Of a stretch of DNA of 64,000 nt, positions 18,525 through 29,067 are shown piece by piece; the first letter of the stretch is position 1, and each line of letters begins with the position of its first letter. Both the position numbers and the translations under genes were made by a program. Origin of the DNA: Patescibacteria group bacterium (GTDB taxonomy: Bacteria; Patescibacteriota; Minisyncoccia; Phycocordibacterales; UBA9973); contig JAGWLB010000004.1 in the NCBI GenBank assembly GCA_028865035.1, forward strand, positions 1,294-65,293, given 5' to 3'. The notes under the pieces are model-generated. The model saw only the letters and a list, made by a program, of their open reading frames with translations. It made no database searches and was not told the DNA's origin.

Positions 18525-19847
18525 TTATTTATTTAATAAATTATCACCTATTTTAAATGCCTCACCTGCTCCCATAGTTATTATAACATCTTTATTATTC
18601 ATATTTGTAACCATAGACATTAAATACTCTTCGGCATTTTTAAAATTATCAAAAGATAGCACATTGGGATTATTAGCCATTATTTCTTTCGCTAAAATTG
18701 CAGGTGAAATCGTACCGTCGTCTTCTTCTCTAGCATAGTAAATAGGTAAAATAAGAACACTGTCACTTTGGTTGAAACTTTTTGCAAAATCTTTGAGTAA
18801 TAATTTGGTACGGCTGAATAAATGAGGTTGAAACACTGTAGTTATATGCCAACCTTCATTTTCGGGGTATAACTCTCGAAAACCTTCTAACGTTGCCACT
18901 ATTTCCACAGGATGGTGGGCATAATCGTCATAAACTAACACACCCGATGGTAAGGTTCCTTTAAATTCAAATCTTCTCCAAGTCCCTGGAAATGTACTTA
19001 GATCCTTGTCGCTATCCTCTTTTGAAATAGATAGCAAGCTTGCGACAGCCTTGGCGGCGGCGGCATTTTTCTTATTATGAATTCCTGGTATTTTTAAAAT
19101 TTGATTTTTATCAAAGAAATCTTGGTAGTCTACAATCTCAGCCGGAACATCTGCAATTACATCTTTTATATTTTTATCATTTGGATCACAAACAATAAAG
19201 CCATCTTTAGGGACTTTCATAGCAATCTCCCTAAAAGCATTTTTGATATCATTTATATCTTTATAGTAATCAAGGTGATCTTCGTCTATATTTGTAATTA
19301 CTAAAATCTTTGGATTAATATTTAAAAATGATCTTCTGTATTCACAGGCTTCAACGACAAAATACTTTGACTTCCCAGCTATAAAGTTACTCTTATCACC
19401 GATAAGTAGACTACCGACAATAACTGTCGGATCTATATTCTCATCACGTAGAATACTTGCAATCATTGCTGTTGTTGTAGTTTTACCGTGAGTACCAGAT
19501 ATGGCGATCGTGTATTTCCCTTCACTTACAATATGAAGCATTTGTGGGTATGAATATGCTGGTATATTTTTCTGTTCTTTTATTTTTTCAAAAAGATTTT
19601 TATCATGAACCTCAATAGCTATAGTATAAATTATTAAATCTGTATCCTTTGGAATAGCCTCATATGATTGACCTATAGAAATCTCTGCTCCAGCACTTCT
19701 AAGCGCAGAAATAACATCAGAATCTTGCATATCCTGGCCACTGACTTTTTTCCCTTCGTGGATCATCATCCTTGCAATCGCCGAAATCCCGATACCACCG
19801 ATACCAATAAAATGAACGTGTTTAATTTTTGATAGATTTAAGTTCAT
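18525..19847 (-). CDS. murC: UDP-MurNAc--L-alanine ligase
   Basis: HFIGIGGIGIS, GTHGKTTTT, DDYAHHP, FQPHLFSRT. Confidence 0.96.
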   Translation of the reverse strand: MNLNLSKIKHVHFIGIGGIGISAIARMMIHEGKKVSGQDMQDSDVISALRSAGAEISIGQSYEAIPKDTDLIIYTIAIEVHDKNLFEKIKEQKNIPAYSYPQMLHIVSEGKYTIAISGTHGKTTTTAMIASILRDENIDPTVIVGSLLIGDKSNFIAGKSKYFVVEACEYRRSFLNINPKILVITNIDEDHLDYYKDINDIKNAFREIAMKVPKDGFIVCDPNDKNIKDVIADVPAEIVDYQDFFDKNQILKIPGIHNKKNAAAAKAVASLLSISKEDSDKDLSTFPGTWRRFEFKGTLPSGVLVYDDYAHHPVEIVATLEGFRELYPENEGWHITTVFQPHLFSRTKLLLKDFAKSFNQSDSVLILPIYYAREEDDGTISPAILAKEIMANNPNVLSFDNFKNAEEYLMSMVTNMNNKDVIITMGAGEAFKIGDNLLNK

Positions 19848-20464
19848 ATTTTCTTTGCATCTTCCTTAATCATTTTAACAATTTCAGGAAATGTAGATAT
19901 ATTAAAATGGCCATTTTTACTCTTATAAATTATAATTTTTGCATTTTTTAACTTAGCTCTATATTTTTCAGCATGAGAAACAGGAACACTATCATCATCT
20001 TTAGAGAATAATAATGTAAGATTTTTAGAATTTTTCTCAATTAAAGACAAATCAGACTTCAATTTAAATCCCCCCACCAAATCTTCTGTAAAACAAGTGT
20101 CATCAAAAGGCGGGCAAACTAGATAAGTTGCCAATATTTTTTTAGGAAATTTATTTTCAGATAAGTATTGAGCCAAGAATATACTACCTAGAGAATTCCC
20201 TATTAGTATTATATTATTCCTTAAATAAGGGAAATACCTTTCGAAATGAATTTTCCAATCTTCATATTTTGAATCTTGTTTCAAAGGCATTTCTGGTCTT
20301 ATAATTTCAAATTTACTCCCTAATTTTTCATCCATGTAATCAGTTGCCCATCTTTTCTTCATTTTGATTGATATATTTCTTGTTTTTAAATAATGTAAAT
20401 AATCCTTTCTATTTTTAAAAGTTTCTCCTCCATGAATCATTAATATTTGTGGTTTACTTTTCAT
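19844..20464 (-). CDS. alpha/beta hydrolase (RBBP9/YdeN-like)
   Basis: IHGG, GNSLG nucleophile elbow, SKDD, GHF. Confidence 0.85.
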   Translation of the reverse strand: MKSKPQILMIHGGETFKNRKDYLHYLKTRNISIKMKKRWATDYMDEKLGSKFEIIRPEMPLKQDSKYEDWKIHFERYFPYLRNNIILIGNSLGSIFLAQYLSENKFPKKILATYLVCPPFDDTCFTEDLVGGFKLKSDLSLIEKNSKNLTLLFSKDDDSVPVSHAEKYRAKLKNAKIIIYKSKNGHFNISTFPEIVKMIKEDAKKI

Positions 20465-20465
20465 A

Positions 20466-21794
20466 CTATTTTAATTTTTCAATAATTTTCATAAACTGGT
20501 CATTTCGATCGTATTCATTGGTAAACATTCCAAAGGATGCAAAAGCTGGAGATAGTAGTATTATATCCCCTTTTCGTGAGGTATTGATAGCTTCTTTGAC
20601 AGCATCTTTTAGATTATGAACTATTGTTTTATTTATCTTGATTTTATTTTTCAAAAAAGAATCGGTACCAGTACCAGAAAGCAAAACTAAAGCTTTGCAA
20701 TATTTATCTATAGTTTTGGATAAATTTTTAGTATCAAGCTTTTTATCTGCTCCACCTGCTATTAGGATTATGTTTTTATTTTTTGAGCCCAGAGCTTCCA
20801 AGCCTGCTATTGTCGCCTCTGGAGTCGTAGCGTTGTTATCATTATAAATTTTTATACCTTTATAAGTCCCGAGTAATTGCATTCTTCCTTCTAGGTCTTT
20901 GAAGCTTTCCACTGATTTCTGAATTTTTGTAATCGGTATCTTTAATTCTTTTGCAACTTCCACTGCGCATGACATATTCTCTATATGATGTCTACCGGGA
21001 ACATTAAATTTCCAATTCATAAAATTCTTTGGGTTTACAACGATCAGCCTACCCTTTGTATCAGATTTATTTATGAATTTTTTCATTTCTGGTCGGATTA
21101 TTAGGAGATCTTCTTTATTTTGATATTTAAAAATATTTGCTTTATCAGAAAAATATTTTTTCATCGAACCCTTATAATAATTCATATGGTCTGGCATAAA
21201 AGTCGTAAAGACTGAAATATGTGGAGAAATTTTACTATCCCCAAATCCTTGTAGTTGCCATGAGTCGAGCTCGCAGACTAATATATCTTTATCTTTTACT
21301 TTTTTAAGAAGAGGTAGGGTTGCGACTCCTCGTACATTCCCACCTATATAGACATTTCTATCTTTTATATTATCTTTCAATATTTTAAAGATAACGGCTG
21401 TGGTCATACTCTTTCCACGTGTTCCGGTCACTCCGACTATCATTACCTTATCTGCAATTTTCACAAATAAAGAGACATCCATCTCAACTGGGATTTTATT
21501 TTTCTTGGCTTCTTTTATATAAATAGAATCAAGTGGAACCCCGGCAGCTTTTATAACCATATCTCTATTTTTAAAATCTTCTAGTCTATGCTCACCTAAA
21601 ACAAACTTAATATTTTTATACTTTGATAATTCTTTTGCAGAAGTTTTAAGCTGGTCTTTAGTCTTCAGATCAGTCACGATCAAGTCAGCGCCACACTCGG
21701 CTAAGAATTTTGTATAACCAATCCCTCGCCCCAAAAGACCCAAACCCATAACGGTAATCTTTTTATCTTTAAAATATTTATTGTAGTTTATCAT
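20466..21794 (-). CDS. murD: UDP-MurNAc-L-Ala--D-Glu ligase
   Basis: VTGTRGKS, ELDSWQL, PDHMNYY, LLSPAFASFG. Confidence 0.95.
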   Translation of the reverse strand: MINYNKYFKDKKITVMGLGLLGRGIGYTKFLAECGADLIVTDLKTKDQLKTSAKELSKYKNIKFVLGEHRLEDFKNRDMVIKAAGVPLDSIYIKEAKKNKIPVEMDVSLFVKIADKVMIVGVTGTRGKSMTTAVIFKILKDNIKDRNVYIGGNVRGVATLPLLKKVKDKDILVCELDSWQLQGFGDSKISPHISVFTTFMPDHMNYYKGSMKKYFSDKANIFKYQNKEDLLIIRPEMKKFINKSDTKGRLIVVNPKNFMNWKFNVPGRHHIENMSCAVEVAKELKIPITKIQKSVESFKDLEGRMQLLGTYKGIKIYNDNNATTPEATIAGLEALGSKNKNIILIAGGADKKLDTKNLSKTIDKYCKALVLLSGTGTDSFLKNKIKINKTIVHNLKDAVKEAINTSRKGDIILLSPAFASFGMFTNEYDRNDQFMKIIEKLK

Positions 21795-21803
21795 TTAGAT
21801 ATT

Positions 21804-23222
21804 TTAATATTCAAAACAATTTGTTAACTCTTCCATATCATCAAAATGTATTTTCTTACCATTTATTTCTTGGTAATTCTCGTGACCTTTTCCTGCCACT
21901 AATATATAATCACCGCTATTTGAAAGCGAGCAAGCTTTTCGTATAGCTTCTCTACGATCTGGAATGATATAAACTTTGTTTTGGTTAAGTGACTCTATGC
22001 CTTTTTTCATATCATCTAAAATACTTTCTGGATCTTCAGTTCGAGGATTATCAGATGTAAGAACAAGGATATCACTCATAACATAACCAATTTTTGCCAT
22101 TATTGGTCTTTTTGTTTTATCTCGATCTCCACCACAGCCAACCACAGTTATAACTTTATTTTTATTTTTCATTCCAGTAATTGTCTTTAAAACATTCTCT
22201 AATGCATCGGGTGTATGAGCATAATCTACTATACCAATTATTCCATTCTTACTTTTTATATATTGGAATCTGCCAGCTACCGGTTCGAGACTTTTTATTT
22301 CTTCTTTAACTTCTTGTGGGTTCAACCCAAGAACTATAGCAGTTCCGTATATGGCAAGTACATTGTATGCATTAAACTCACCAATTAACTTTGTCTCTAA
22401 GTGACCAGTGAAACTTGCCTGCGCAGGCAGGTCTGTATTATTTTTGAGTGAGTAAAAATACTTTTTTGCTTTTGTGTCTTTGAGCATATATTCACCATTA
22501 GGATCGTCAAGATTTGAAATAGCAAATGCATTTTCGTGTAAATTATCAAAGAATAACTTTTTAGCGTCTCGATAATTTTCGAATGTCTTATGGTAATCTA
22601 GATGGTCAAGAGTTAGGTTAGTAAAAACTCCACCTGAGAAAATTATCCCTTCTATTCTGCTTTCGCTGACAGCGTGTGAGCTAACTTCCATAAAACAGTA
22701 TTCACACTCCGCTTCTACCATCTTATCAAGTAATAAATTTAAAGTTATTGGGTCCGGTGTAGTACGTACTGATTCATATGATTCATCGTTTATCTTATTA
22801 ACAACTGTACCAATCATTCCTACCTTGTAACCAAGATTCTTAAAAAGTTGATATAGAAGTGTCGTAGTAGTTGTTTTACCGTTTGTACCTGTCACTCCAA
22901 TTAATTTTAATTTATGAGACGGATTATCGTAGAAATTATTTGCTATATACCCAAGGGCCTTATGGCTATCAGAAACTTTTATGTAAGTTACATTTTCTTT
23001 AAATATTTTTGGTTCATTTTCATACACGATAGCTATTGCACCATTTTCTAAAGCTTGATCAATATATAGATGACCATCAGTGCTATTCCCTACTTGTGCT
23101 ACAAAAAGTGAGTTTGGTTTAGTTTCTTTTGAATTTATAGAAATCGAAGAAACTGCAACGTCCACATTCCCATGTGAACTTAAAATAGAGACTCCTTCTA
23201 GTAGATTGCTTAGGATTTTCAT
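21804..23222 (-). CDS. murE: UDP-MurNAc-dipeptide--mDAP ligase
   Basis: GVTGTNGKTT, MEVSSH, DYAHTPDAL, SDNPR (DAP-type), AGKGHE. Confidence 0.96.
   Translation of the reverse strand: MKILSNLLEGVSILSSHGNVDVAVSSISINSKETKPNSLFVAQVGNSTDGHLYIDQALENGAIAIVYENEPKIFKENVTYIKVSDSHKALGYIANNFYDNPSHKLKLIGVTGTNGKTTTTTLLYQLFKNLGYKVGMIGTVVNKINDESYESVRTTPDPITLNLLLDKMVEAECEYCFMEVSSHAVSESRIEGIIFSGGVFTNLTLDHLDYHKTFENYRDAKKLFFDNLHENAFAISNLDDPNGEYMLKDTKAKKYFYSLKNNTDLPAQASFTGHLETKLIGEFNAYNVLAIYGTAIVLGLNPQEVKEEIKSLEPVAGRFQYIKSKNGIIGIVDYAHTPDALENVLKTITGMKNKNKVITVVGCGGDRDKTKRPIMAKIGYVMSDILVLTSDNPRTEDPESILDDMKKGIESLNQNKVYIIPDRREAIRKACSLSNSGDYILVAGKGHENYQEINGKKIHFDDMEELTNCFEY
22413..22432. repeat. GC-rich palindrome in frame inside murE
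   Basis: ACT-TGCCTGCGCAGGCA-GGT; encodes D-LPAQAS-F. Confidence 0.75.
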
Positions 23223-23225
23223 ATA

Positions 23226-23804
23226 TTAATTTATCAACCATTTTTTATAAGCTTCCATAATTGTATTAACAACTTTATCTAATGGAATTTTTTCTGTATT
23301 TATTACTAAATCAAAATTATTATAAGAAGTATGATCTTCGATGTTGTATAATTCCTTATACCTTTTTCTTTCACTTAGAAGTCTATTATTAATTTTTTCA
23401 GTTATGGATTCTTTTGTATCAAAACTTCCAGTAGCTTCAGTTTGTCTATTTGAATTAACCTTTTTATCTTCTAGAATTCTTTCTGATGCGATCGTAGGGT
23501 CCAAGTCAAGAAAAACTTTGAATGACTCAGGTATGAAATGAAAACCGAGACGTGAATCTAAAACTATATTTTCTTGCTTACCAATTTCAATATTATTTTT
23601 ATCTAATATTTCATCTATGGATGTATCAGTTTCAGCAAGTAAACTTAAATCGTTAAGAGAGATACCTCTCTTATTGGCAATATCTCTCATAAAATCACCT
23701 GTCGAATAGTGCTTATAATTAAGAAGCTCAGACAAGCTTTTTGCAGTGGAAGATTTACCGCTTCCTAATTTACCTGCGATTGTAATAATATGCTTCTTTT
23801 TCAT
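23226..23804 (-). CDS. cmk: cytidylate kinase (short, archaeal-type family)
   Basis: IITIAGKLGSGKSS, LDSRLG, ERKRYKELY. Confidence 0.8.
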   Translation of the reverse strand: MKKKHIITIAGKLGSGKSSTAKSLSELLNYKHYSTGDFMRDIANKRGISLNDLSLLAETDTSIDEILDKNNIEIGKQENIVLDSRLGFHFIPESFKVFLDLDPTIASERILEDKKVNSNRQTEATGSFDTKESITEKINNRLLSERKRYKELYNIEDHTSYNNFDLVINTEKIPLDKVVNTIMEAYKKWLIN

Positions 23805-23862
23805 TATTTTATATTTTATCATAATAATAGCCAAATAAAAACCCTTATGGTATCATACTTTT

Positions 23863-25044
23863 ATGAAAATACTCGCTATCGAAACCTCTTGTGATGAGAC
23901 TGCAATTGCAATTGTAGATGTTAAAAAAAATGGAACTAAAACTAATTTTAAAATCCTAGGCAACGATTTGGCTTCACAAGTAGCAATACACACACAGTAC
24001 GGTGGTGTATTCCCTATGATGGCTAAACGTGAACACTCTAAAAATATAATTCCTATTTTTGTTAGCGCTCTAAAGAAAGCCAAAATTTATAAAAAAGTAA
24101 ATAAAATTAAATACAGCATAGAACTTAATAATAAAATAATAGATACACTAGTACGTGAACAAGAGCTAATAAAAAAATGGCATAAAACTATGCCTTATAT
24201 AGCAAAACCTAAAATTGATGCCATTGCGGTTACAGTAGGACCTGGACTTGAACCAGCACTTTGGGTAGGTATTAATTTTGCCCAAGCCTTAAGCTTGCTC
24301 TGGGATATACCTATAATACCAGTGAATCATATGGAGGGTCATATTTTTTCAATATTCCCAAACAAAACAAAAACATTTACCGTAGATATGAATAAAAAAA
24401 TGTTTCCTGTTATTTCACTTCTTGTTTCTGGTGGCCATACAGAAATAGTAGTTATGAAGGATTTTATGAAATATAAAATAATCGGATCAACTCGTGACGA
24501 TGCTGTAGGTGAGGCTTTCGATAAAGTTGCCCGTATGCTTGGACTTCCTTATCCAGGAGGGCCAGAGATTTCCAAACTAGCAAGAATAGAAAGAGAGAAC
24601 GATTTACCATCCACAATAACGCTACCTCGTCCGATGTTACATTCCAAAGATTATGATTTTTCTTTTTCTGGTTTAAAAACATCAGTATTGTATTTTATTC
24701 GTGATTTGCCAAAAGGTAAATTTGACGACAATATGAAACAAAAAATTGCTAGAGAATTTGAAGATGCTGCTGTGGATGTATTAACAGCAAAAACGCTTCG
24801 CGCTGTGAAATTTTATAAAGCAAAAAACCTGATAGTAGGTGGTGGAGTATCAGCAAATACACATTTACAAAAAAATCTTACAAAAGCATTACAAGAAACA
24901 GATTCAAAAATAAACTTCCCGACTAAAGATTTATGCACAGATAATGCATTAATGATAGCCATAGCTGGATATTTTCAGTCAAAAAGTAAAAAAATTAAAA
25001 ATATGAATTCTAAAATAATAGCAAACGGAAATCTAGCCTTGTAA
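23863..25044 (+). CDS. tsaD: tRNA threonylcarbamoyltransferase TsaD
   Basis: ILAIETSCDET, NHMEGH, VSGGHT, DDAVGEAFDK, FSFSGLKT. Confidence 0.97.
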   Translation: MKILAIETSCDETAIAIVDVKKNGTKTNFKILGNDLASQVAIHTQYGGVFPMMAKREHSKNIIPIFVSALKKAKIYKKVNKIKYSIELNNKIIDTLVREQELIKKWHKTMPYIAKPKIDAIAVTVGPGLEPALWVGINFAQALSLLWDIPIIPVNHMEGHIFSIFPNKTKTFTVDMNKKMFPVISLLVSGGHTEIVVMKDFMKYKIIGSTRDDAVGEAFDKVARMLGLPYPGGPEISKLARIERENDLPSTITLPRPMLHSKDYDFSFSGLKTSVLYFIRDLPKGKFDDNMKQKIAREFEDAAVDVLTAKTLRAVKFYKAKNLIVGGGVSANTHLQKNLTKALQETDSKINFPTKDLCTDNALMIAIAGYFQSKSKKIKNMNSKIIANGNLAL

Positions 25045-25081
25045 TATTGGAAAAATAACCTTAAAATGCTATATTTTACAT

Positions 25082-27283
25082 ATGAATAATGGACAACCGG
25101 ACATAAACCCTAAATTACTTTCACCATATAACCCAGAAGAAACAGAAGGTCGCATTTATAAACTTTGGGAAGAGAGTGGCTTTTTTAACCCTGATATTTG
25201 TATTGAAAAGAATGTGACAGATAAAGATGCTGAACCTTTTTCAATAGTCTTACCTCCTCCAAACGTCACGGGTACGCTTCATATAGGCCACGCCTCAATG
25301 CTCGCTATTGAAGATATTATGGTTCGTTTTGCACGTATGCAAGGTAAACGTACTTTATGGCTACCTGGTACAGATCATGCTGCGATTGCCACACAATCAA
25401 AAGTAGAAAAAATTATTGAGAAAGAGGAAGGTAAAAGGAAAAATGATTTGGGTCGCGAAGAATTCTTAAAACGTGTTAATACTTTTGCTCAGGACAGTCA
25501 CGACACTATCATTGACCAGGCAAAAAAAATGGGAGCCTCCCTGGATTGGTCGCGTGAAGCTTTTACTCTTGATGATAAACGTAGCCTAGCTGTCAGAACT
25601 GCTTTCAAAAAAATGTATGACGATGGTTTGATTTATAGAGGTAACCGTATCGTAAACTGGGACCCTAAAGGCCAGACGGTTATTTCAGATGATGAGATAG
25701 TATATGAGGAACGTAAGGCAAAGCTTTATACATTTAAATACTCAAAAGACTTCCCTATTTCTATATCAACTACTCGTCCAGAAACAAAAGTTGGTGATGT
25801 GGCTGTCGCAGTCCATCCAGAAGATGCTAGGTATAAAGAATATGTAGGAAAAGAATATGATGAAATATTTTGTGGTGTACCAATACACATTAAAATAATT
25901 GCTGATGCTGCTGTCGAAAAAGATTTCGGGACTGGCGCGCTTGGTGTCACTCCAGCGCATAGCCAAATAGATGCTGATATTGCATATAAACATAACTTAC
26001 CAACTGTCCAAGTTATAAATGAATACGCCAAAATGATAGTGGGTGGTGAAAACTTGCTTGGTAAAAAAACAACTGAAGCAAGAGATATTATCGTCGAATG
26101 GCTTCGCACTGAAGGTTTACTTGAAAAAGAAGAAGAGATAACTCAGAATGTCTCAACAGCAGAGAGAACTGGTGGAATTATAGAACCATTACCAAAACTT
26201 CAGTGGTTTATAAATGTAAACAAACCAATTAAAGACCGTGATAATAAGACCCTAAAAGATCTTATGCTTGAACCAATACGTGGTAAGAACATAAATATAC
26301 TTCCAGATAGATTTGAGAAGGTTTACTATAATTGGGTAGAAAACCTACGAGATTGGTGTATTTCAAGACAAATATGGTATGGGCATAGAATACCCGTTTG
26401 GTACAAAGGAAATGAAATATATTGTGACGTAGAAGAACCGAAAGAAGCTGACTGGGAACAAGACCCAGATACTCTTGATACATGGTTCTCTTCTGGACTT
26501 TGGACATTCTCAACTTTAGGTTGGCCAGATTTAGAATCTAAAGATTTACAAATATATCATCCTACAACCGTACTAGAAACAGGTTACGATATAATATTCT
26601 TTTGGGTCGCCCGAATGATACTTATGTCCCAGTATCTTCTAGATGAAATACCATTTAAAACTGTATATCTTCACGGTCTTGTTCGCGATGCGCAAGGGAG
26701 GAAAATGAGTAAATCTCTTGGAAATATTATTGATCCATTAGATGTAGCCAAGAAATATGGAGCGGATGCTGTTCGTATGTCTTTAGTCATGGGAACCGGA
26801 CCAGGAAATGACAGCAAGATGAGTGAGGATAAAATTAAGTCATATAAAAATTACGCAAATAAACTTTGGAATATTACACGCTTTGTACTTTCAAATACGA
26901 ATGAAATTAAATACAATGATAACTTCCAAGAATATACAAAAAAAGATAAAGAGCTGCTAACTGAGAGAGATGAGATATTTAAAACAATTACAAAAGAAAT
27001 GGAAGAATATAAATTTTATTTAGCTGGTGATAAAATATACCAATACACTTGGGCTCGCTTTGCCGATATAATAATAGAAGAAAGTAAACCAATTTTGAAT
27101 GGAGAGAATGATGAAGATAAAAGTTCTAGAGCTCAATTTTTGCTTGATACACTCATAAAAATAAATATTATCCTTCACCCATTTATGCCATTCGTTACCG
27201 AAGAGATATGGTCATTACTACCAGTCGAAAATAAAAACCTACTCATGGTAACACCATGGCCAATAAATGATACAACTAATTAA
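25082..27283 (+). CDS. valS: valine--tRNA ligase, lacking the C-terminal coiled coil
   Basis: PPPNVTGTLHIGH, DWCISRQ, DTWFSS, KMSKS. Confidence 0.97.
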   Translation: MNNGQPDINPKLLSPYNPEETEGRIYKLWEESGFFNPDICIEKNVTDKDAEPFSIVLPPPNVTGTLHIGHASMLAIEDIMVRFARMQGKRTLWLPGTDHAAIATQSKVEKIIEKEEGKRKNDLGREEFLKRVNTFAQDSHDTIIDQAKKMGASLDWSREAFTLDDKRSLAVRTAFKKMYDDGLIYRGNRIVNWDPKGQTVISDDEIVYEERKAKLYTFKYSKDFPISISTTRPETKVGDVAVAVHPEDARYKEYVGKEYDEIFCGVPIHIKIIADAAVEKDFGTGALGVTPAHSQIDADIAYKHNLPTVQVINEYAKMIVGGENLLGKKTTEARDIIVEWLRTEGLLEKEEEITQNVSTAERTGGIIEPLPKLQWFINVNKPIKDRDNKTLKDLMLEPIRGKNINILPDRFEKVYYNWVENLRDWCISRQIWYGHRIPVWYKGNEIYCDVEEPKEADWEQDPDTLDTWFSSGLWTFSTLGWPDLESKDLQIYHPTTVLETGYDIIFFWVARMILMSQYLLDEIPFKTVYLHGLVRDAQGRKMSKSLGNIIDPLDVAKKYGADAVRMSLVMGTGPGNDSKMSEDKIKSYKNYANKLWNITRFVLSNTNEIKYNDNFQEYTKKDKELLTERDEIFKTITKEMEEYKFYLAGDKIYQYTWARFADIIIEESKPILNGENDEDKSSRAQFLLDTLIKINIILHPFMPFVTEEIWSLLPVENKNLLMVTPWPINDTTN

Positions 27284-27974
27284 AGAGCCAAAAATACTCA
27301 TCTATGCAATATTAGGCGGATTAATACCTGCAATATTTTGGCTTTGGTTTTGGCTAAAAGAGGAGGATAGTGAACAAACTGAACCTAGGATACTTATTGC
27401 CTCTGCTTTTATAATTGGTGGAGCTATGGTTATGATTGCTATACTTTTAGAAAAATACTCCTTAGTATATCTTAGTAATCACACAACGCAGATAATTGTT
27501 TGGGCAGCTATTGAAGAAATATTAAAGTTGCTAGGGGTATTTATTATAATATTAGGGACAAATATCATTCGTAAACCTATAGATTACCCAATGTATTTTA
27601 TAGCGACAGCTCTAGGTTTTGCAGCACTTGAAAACATCCTTTATCTTATACACCCACTTGATACGAATGGAACTGTTGTCGGTCTTCTTACGGGCAACTT
27701 ACGCTTTCTAGGGTCTACCCTATTGCACGCTATCGCCAGTAGTATGGTTGGTAGTGCACTTGGTTTGTCTTTCTACATAAAACAATATAGAACAATATAC
27801 CTCATAGGCGGTCTATTCTGTGCTATACTATTGCATAGTATTTTCAATTTTTTTATAATGAAAGGCAGTGGTGAAAATTTCTTGAGTGTTTTTGGTTTTC
27901 TATGGGTCGTCACAATTATTAATATACTTATTTTTGAAAAATTAAGACGTATGGGAAAATATCTTCCTGTATAA
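27267..27974 (+). CDS. PrsW-family intramembrane protease
   Basis: IEEILK, GFAALEN, LLHA, LHSIFN. Confidence 0.9.
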   Translation: MIQLIKEPKILIYAILGGLIPAIFWLWFWLKEEDSEQTEPRILIASAFIIGGAMVMIAILLEKYSLVYLSNHTTQIIVWAAIEEILKLLGVFIIILGTNIIRKPIDYPMYFIATALGFAALENILYLIHPLDTNGTVVGLLTGNLRFLGSTLLHAIASSMVGSALGLSFYIKQYRTIYLIGGLFCAILLHSIFNFFIMKGSGENFLSVFGFLWVVTIINILIFEKLRRMGKYLPV

Positions 27975-27992
27975 TAATGTTATAAATTATAT

Positions 27993-28499
27993 ATGCTAAA
28001 AAAGAAATCATTTTTACAACGTATAACTGGTGGTATAAGATTTGATGATGATGAAAAGGATGAAGAATCATTCAGTCTGCCCGATATCAAAAAAGATGGA
28101 TTAAGTTCATTAAACAAAGAAATGCTTGATGAAGATGAAAAAAAGGATTCAAAATTTGAAGAGGAAGAAGATGCGCAATTAACTATTGATCTTTACCAGA
28201 CTCCTACCGATATCATAATCCAAACAATGATTGCAGGTGTCGTTCCAGATAATCTATCTATTACTATAACTCGCGATATGATTACGATTCGTGGCAAACG
28301 TGAAGAAAATCGTTCTATAAACACTGAAAATTATTTCGTACAAGAGTTATATTGGGGATCATTCTCAAGAGTCGTTTCTTTACCTGAAGAAGTAGATCCT
28401 GAAGAAGCAGAAGCAGTAGAAAAGCACGGATTACTTATTATAAAACTTCCAAAAATAAATAAAGATAAGAAAACTGTTCTTAAAATTAAATCAATATAG
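27993..28499 (+). CDS. Hsp20/alpha-crystallin small heat-shock protein
   Basis: ELYWGSFSRVVSLP, GLLIIKLPK. Confidence 0.93.
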   Translation: MLKKKSFLQRITGGIRFDDDEKDEESFSLPDIKKDGLSSLNKEMLDEDEKKDSKFEEEEDAQLTIDLYQTPTDIIIQTMIAGVVPDNLSITITRDMITIRGKREENRSINTENYFVQELYWGSFSRVVSLPEEVDPEEAEAVEKHGLLIIKLPKINKDKKTVLKIKSI

Positions 28500-28548
28500 G
28501 CACAATAATAAAACCCCGTGTTTACACGGGGTTTTATTATTGTGCCTA
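28497..28548. terminator. 24-bp perfect inverted repeat, bidirectional terminator
   Basis: TAGGCACAATAATAAAACCCCGTG-TTTA-CACGGGGTTTTATTATTGTGCCTA. Confidence 0.85.
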
Positions 28549-28615
28549 GGCCCAGGGTCGAACTGGGGACCTATCCCTCTTCAGGGGAGCGCTCTACCAA
28601 CTGAGCTACCTAGGC
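28543..28615 (-). tRNA. tRNA-Phe(GAA)
   Basis: GCCTAGG..CCTAGGC-A, anticodon loop CT-GAA-GA. Confidence 0.95.
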
Positions 28616-28705
28616 ATATTATACTTAATGAAACATTTTATAATAAATAACACATTCGTATTGTTTTTTCAACTAAAAACTACTTATGCAAAATTAAATT
28701 ATTTT

Positions 28706-28996
28706 TTATTTAAGTGAATTTAATAAATCCTGAACTTGTTGCTTGTTGCTATTTAAATTATTAACAACATCACCATAGTTCTTTACACCTGAAACTCCAT
28801 AGACATTAAGCAGATTTCCTAAAAATGGCTGTATAAAATAATATGCCCCTACTGATGATAAAATAATAATACCCCAGTAAACTACTCTATATATATTGGT
28901 CCATTTTTGAGAACGAACCATCTTTTTGAGCATTAGATTATTTTCTTTAGCAATATCTAAATTTTCTTGTAAAAGCTGTTTTGTCTCAGGATCCAT
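28706..28996 (-). CDS. single-pass membrane protein; start moved to ATG 28996
   Basis: MDPETKQLL..ENNLMLKK..TM..YYFIQP. Confidence 0.75.
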   Translation of the reverse strand: MDPETKQLLQENLDIAKENNLMLKKMVRSQKWTNIYRVVYWGIIILSSVGAYYFIQPFLGNLLNVYGVSGVKNYGDVVNNLNSNKQQVQDLLNSLK

Positions 28997-29067
28997 GTCA
29001 CATACTTTAACATATTTAACTTTCAATTAAAAGGGTGCCCTCGGCGGGACCGTGATTACAATCATTG

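Noticed and set aside
25082-27283. Short ValRS as a possible pseudogene
   Set aside because: All catalytic motifs are intact; loss of the C-terminal coiled coil is a known variant.
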